A stretch of 13,610 nucleotides of DNA, taken from contig CAZQQS010000015.1 of NCBI GenBank assembly GCA_964595665.1, positions 1 to 13,610 of the forward strand, in the 5' to 3' direction. Source of the DNA: an uncultured archaeon (GTDB lineage: Archaea; Iainarchaeota; Iainarchaeia; Iainarchaeales; 0-14-0-20-30-16). The position numbers were made by a program, and so were the translations under genes. Below are positions 12,563 through 13,610 of this stretch, piece by piece. Position 1 is the first letter of the stretch; every line of letters begins with the position of its first letter. The notes under the pieces are model-generated. The model worked only from the letters and a program-made list of their open reading frames with translations, did no database searches and was not told the origin of the DNA.

Positions 12563-13324
12563 ATGCCTGGATTTACAGCCCCTAAAAAACCAAGTAGAAC
12601 AAACTTAGAAAATAAAAAAATAGAGCTTAAGAAAAAAAGAGATAAATATGAAGAAAAATTTAAAAGAGTAAGAAAATCAATATACGATTATGATGAAGCA
12701 TTAAGAATTGGAGAATATGGTAAAATGGCATTAAACTTTGCAAAGCAAGCAATTAAAAAAGGCAAAATACCTATAATTGTTTTGCCAGATACGTCTATGA
12801 GAACTTCAACTTATTTTTTTAATACTTTATTAGTTAATGCATTTCCAGAAATTTATTTGCCACTATACAAAAAATATAGACAACAAGCAATTACACACGT
12901 TTATTCTTCAAGAGAAAACAACATAGTTAAAATACCTCAATATCTAAAACAAATACCTAATGCTGAATTTATTATATTTGATCACATCCATAGTGGTAAT
13001 TCGGTCAATAAAATAAAATTGTCTTTCGAAAAAGAATTAAATAAATCTTTAGATTCTAAAAATATAAATGAATTCATATTTAATGGAGAAGATAAACCCA
13101 TATTTTATAAAAATACTGTACCTTTTGAAGGTTTTGGAAATGTTGTTAAAGATAAACAAGGAAATATAGAAATTATTAAAAAACGAAAAGGTAAATTCAA
13201 TTTAGATCCTTTAATTAATGAAGATTATGATAATGAAATATTTTTAGAAATGATATTAAGAAGACGAGAATTAAGACAAATGGCATTATATATGGCAAGA
13301 GAATACAAATTAAAAAAAAATTAA
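12563..13324 (+). CDS. hypothetical protein with a type-I phosphoribosyltransferase-like layout and a divergent PRPP loop
   Basis: AEFIIFDHIHSGNSVNKI fits the pattern h-h-h-h-D-D-h-x-x-[ST]-G-x-[ST], except that the second Asp is His. The upstream GKIPIIVLPDTSMRTSTYFFNTLL resembles the 'd-x-iv-x-i-x-rgG...a..l' hood region. There is a basic ~40-aa N-terminal extension (KKPSRTNLENKKIELKKKRDKYEEKFKRVRK). The ATG immediately follows the TAG stop of the Whirly-like gene. Confidence 0.35.
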   Translation: MPGFTAPKKPSRTNLENKKIELKKKRDKYEEKFKRVRKSIYDYDEALRIGEYGKMALNFAKQAIKKGKIPIIVLPDTSMRTSTYFFNTLLVNAFPEIYLPLYKKYRQQAITHVYSSRENNIVKIPQYLKQIPNAEFIIFDHIHSGNSVNKIKLSFEKELNKSLDSKNINEFIFNGEDKPIFYKNTVPFEGFGNVVKDKQGNIEIIKKRKGKFNLDPLINEDYDNEIFLEMILRRRELRQMALYMAREYKLKKN

Positions 13325-13610
13325 ATCTTGCCTAATTTTTTCGCTAGTTCTTCTGTTTCAGTCAATAAAGATTTAACCTCATTAATTCCTTTTAACCAAA
13401 AAGATTCATCAGAAATATCTATGCCCAATTCCAATAAAACATTTTTAGGACTATCTCTATTACCAGAACTCAAGAATTCTTTTATCTTTTTCATATTATT
13501 TGCATCTTGTTTATACATCGCTTGTAAAGCTTTAGATACTAATAATCCTGATGCGTAAGTATAATTATAAAAATAATTTCTTATATGTGACCAATATAAC
13601 CACCAATTTT
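13321..13610 (-). CDS. oligoendopeptidase F-like (M3B family) peptidase, C-terminal ~95 codons (gene continues beyond the right edge)
   Basis: The track lists only the last 65 aa, from an internal Met. My translation extends the same frame to the window edge: NWWLYWSHIRNYFYNYTYASGLLVSKALQAMYKQDANNMKKIKEFLSSGNRDSPKNVLLELGIDISDESFW.... This matches the PepF C-terminal pattern (H..FY.Y.YA.G...s.AL ... L..G.s..P...L...GiD). Confidence 0.75.
   Translation of the reverse strand, partial: NWWLYWSHIRNYFYNYTYASGLLVSKALQAMYKQDANNMKKIKEFLSSGNRDSPKNVLLELGIDISDESFWLKGINEVKSLLTETEELAKKLGKI

Noticed and set aside
13321-13324. The convergent genes share the palindromic tetranucleotide TTAA as overlapping stop codons (TAA on each strand).
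   Set aside because: The overlap is real in the sequence, but it is a trivial consequence of genome compaction with TAA stops. I see no evidence of function.
1-13610. I considered an alternative genetic code or stop-codon reassignment, which is common in some candidate-phyla genomes.
   Set aside because: TAA, TAG (the Whirly-like gene) and TGA (gatE, the HerA-like gene, the CBS gene and endA) all terminate well-supported ORFs at family-appropriate lengths. No in-frame stops interrupt recognisable domains. The standard code fits.
1-13610. I looked for tRNA/rRNA genes, CRISPR arrays and mobile elements (integrase, transposase, terminal inverted repeats).
   Set aside because: No GC-rich structured islands of tRNA size stand out against the AT-rich background. 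There are no regularly spaced direct repeats. No ORF carries recombinase or transposase motifs. The only repeats found are the short ones reported above.

Overview
The window is visibly very AT-rich and gene-dense, and I read it as archaeal. It carries three archaeal hallmark genes: gatE, a homotetramer-type tRNA-splicing endonuclease (endA), and the alpha subunit of ADP-forming acetyl-CoA synthetase. Compact genes, tiny spacers and a huge CARDB-repeat surface protein are consistent with a small-genome, DPANN-like archaeon, but that lineage call is inference only. I support 15 complete CDS and 2 edge-truncated CDS. One truncated CDS (1..326, minus strand) is missing from the ORF track. The other (13321..13610, minus strand) is a PepF C-terminus that the track cut short. 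All three stop codons are used, so the genetic code looks standard. A GGTGA/GTGA-like Shine-Dalgarno motif recurs 3-9 nt upstream of most starts, and on that basis I revised five over-extended track starts. I see no tRNA or rRNA genes, CRISPR arrays, integrases or transposases. The main leads are: (1) a four-CBS protein whose C-terminal ~90 aa looks like the bacterial HPF/RaiA ribosome-hibernation fold; (2) a 141-aa protein with by-eye similarity to plant Whirly ssDNA-binding proteins, inside a tightly packed endA-HIT-Whirly-PRTase-like gene string; (3) a HerA/FtsK-like NTPase with a degenerate P-loop, co-transcribed with an orphan ACD alpha subunit; (4) a wHTH-MNT/HEPN toxin-antitoxin-type pair preceded by a perfect 20-bp palindrome. 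All homology statements come from pattern recognition and remembered family motifs. No database search was run.
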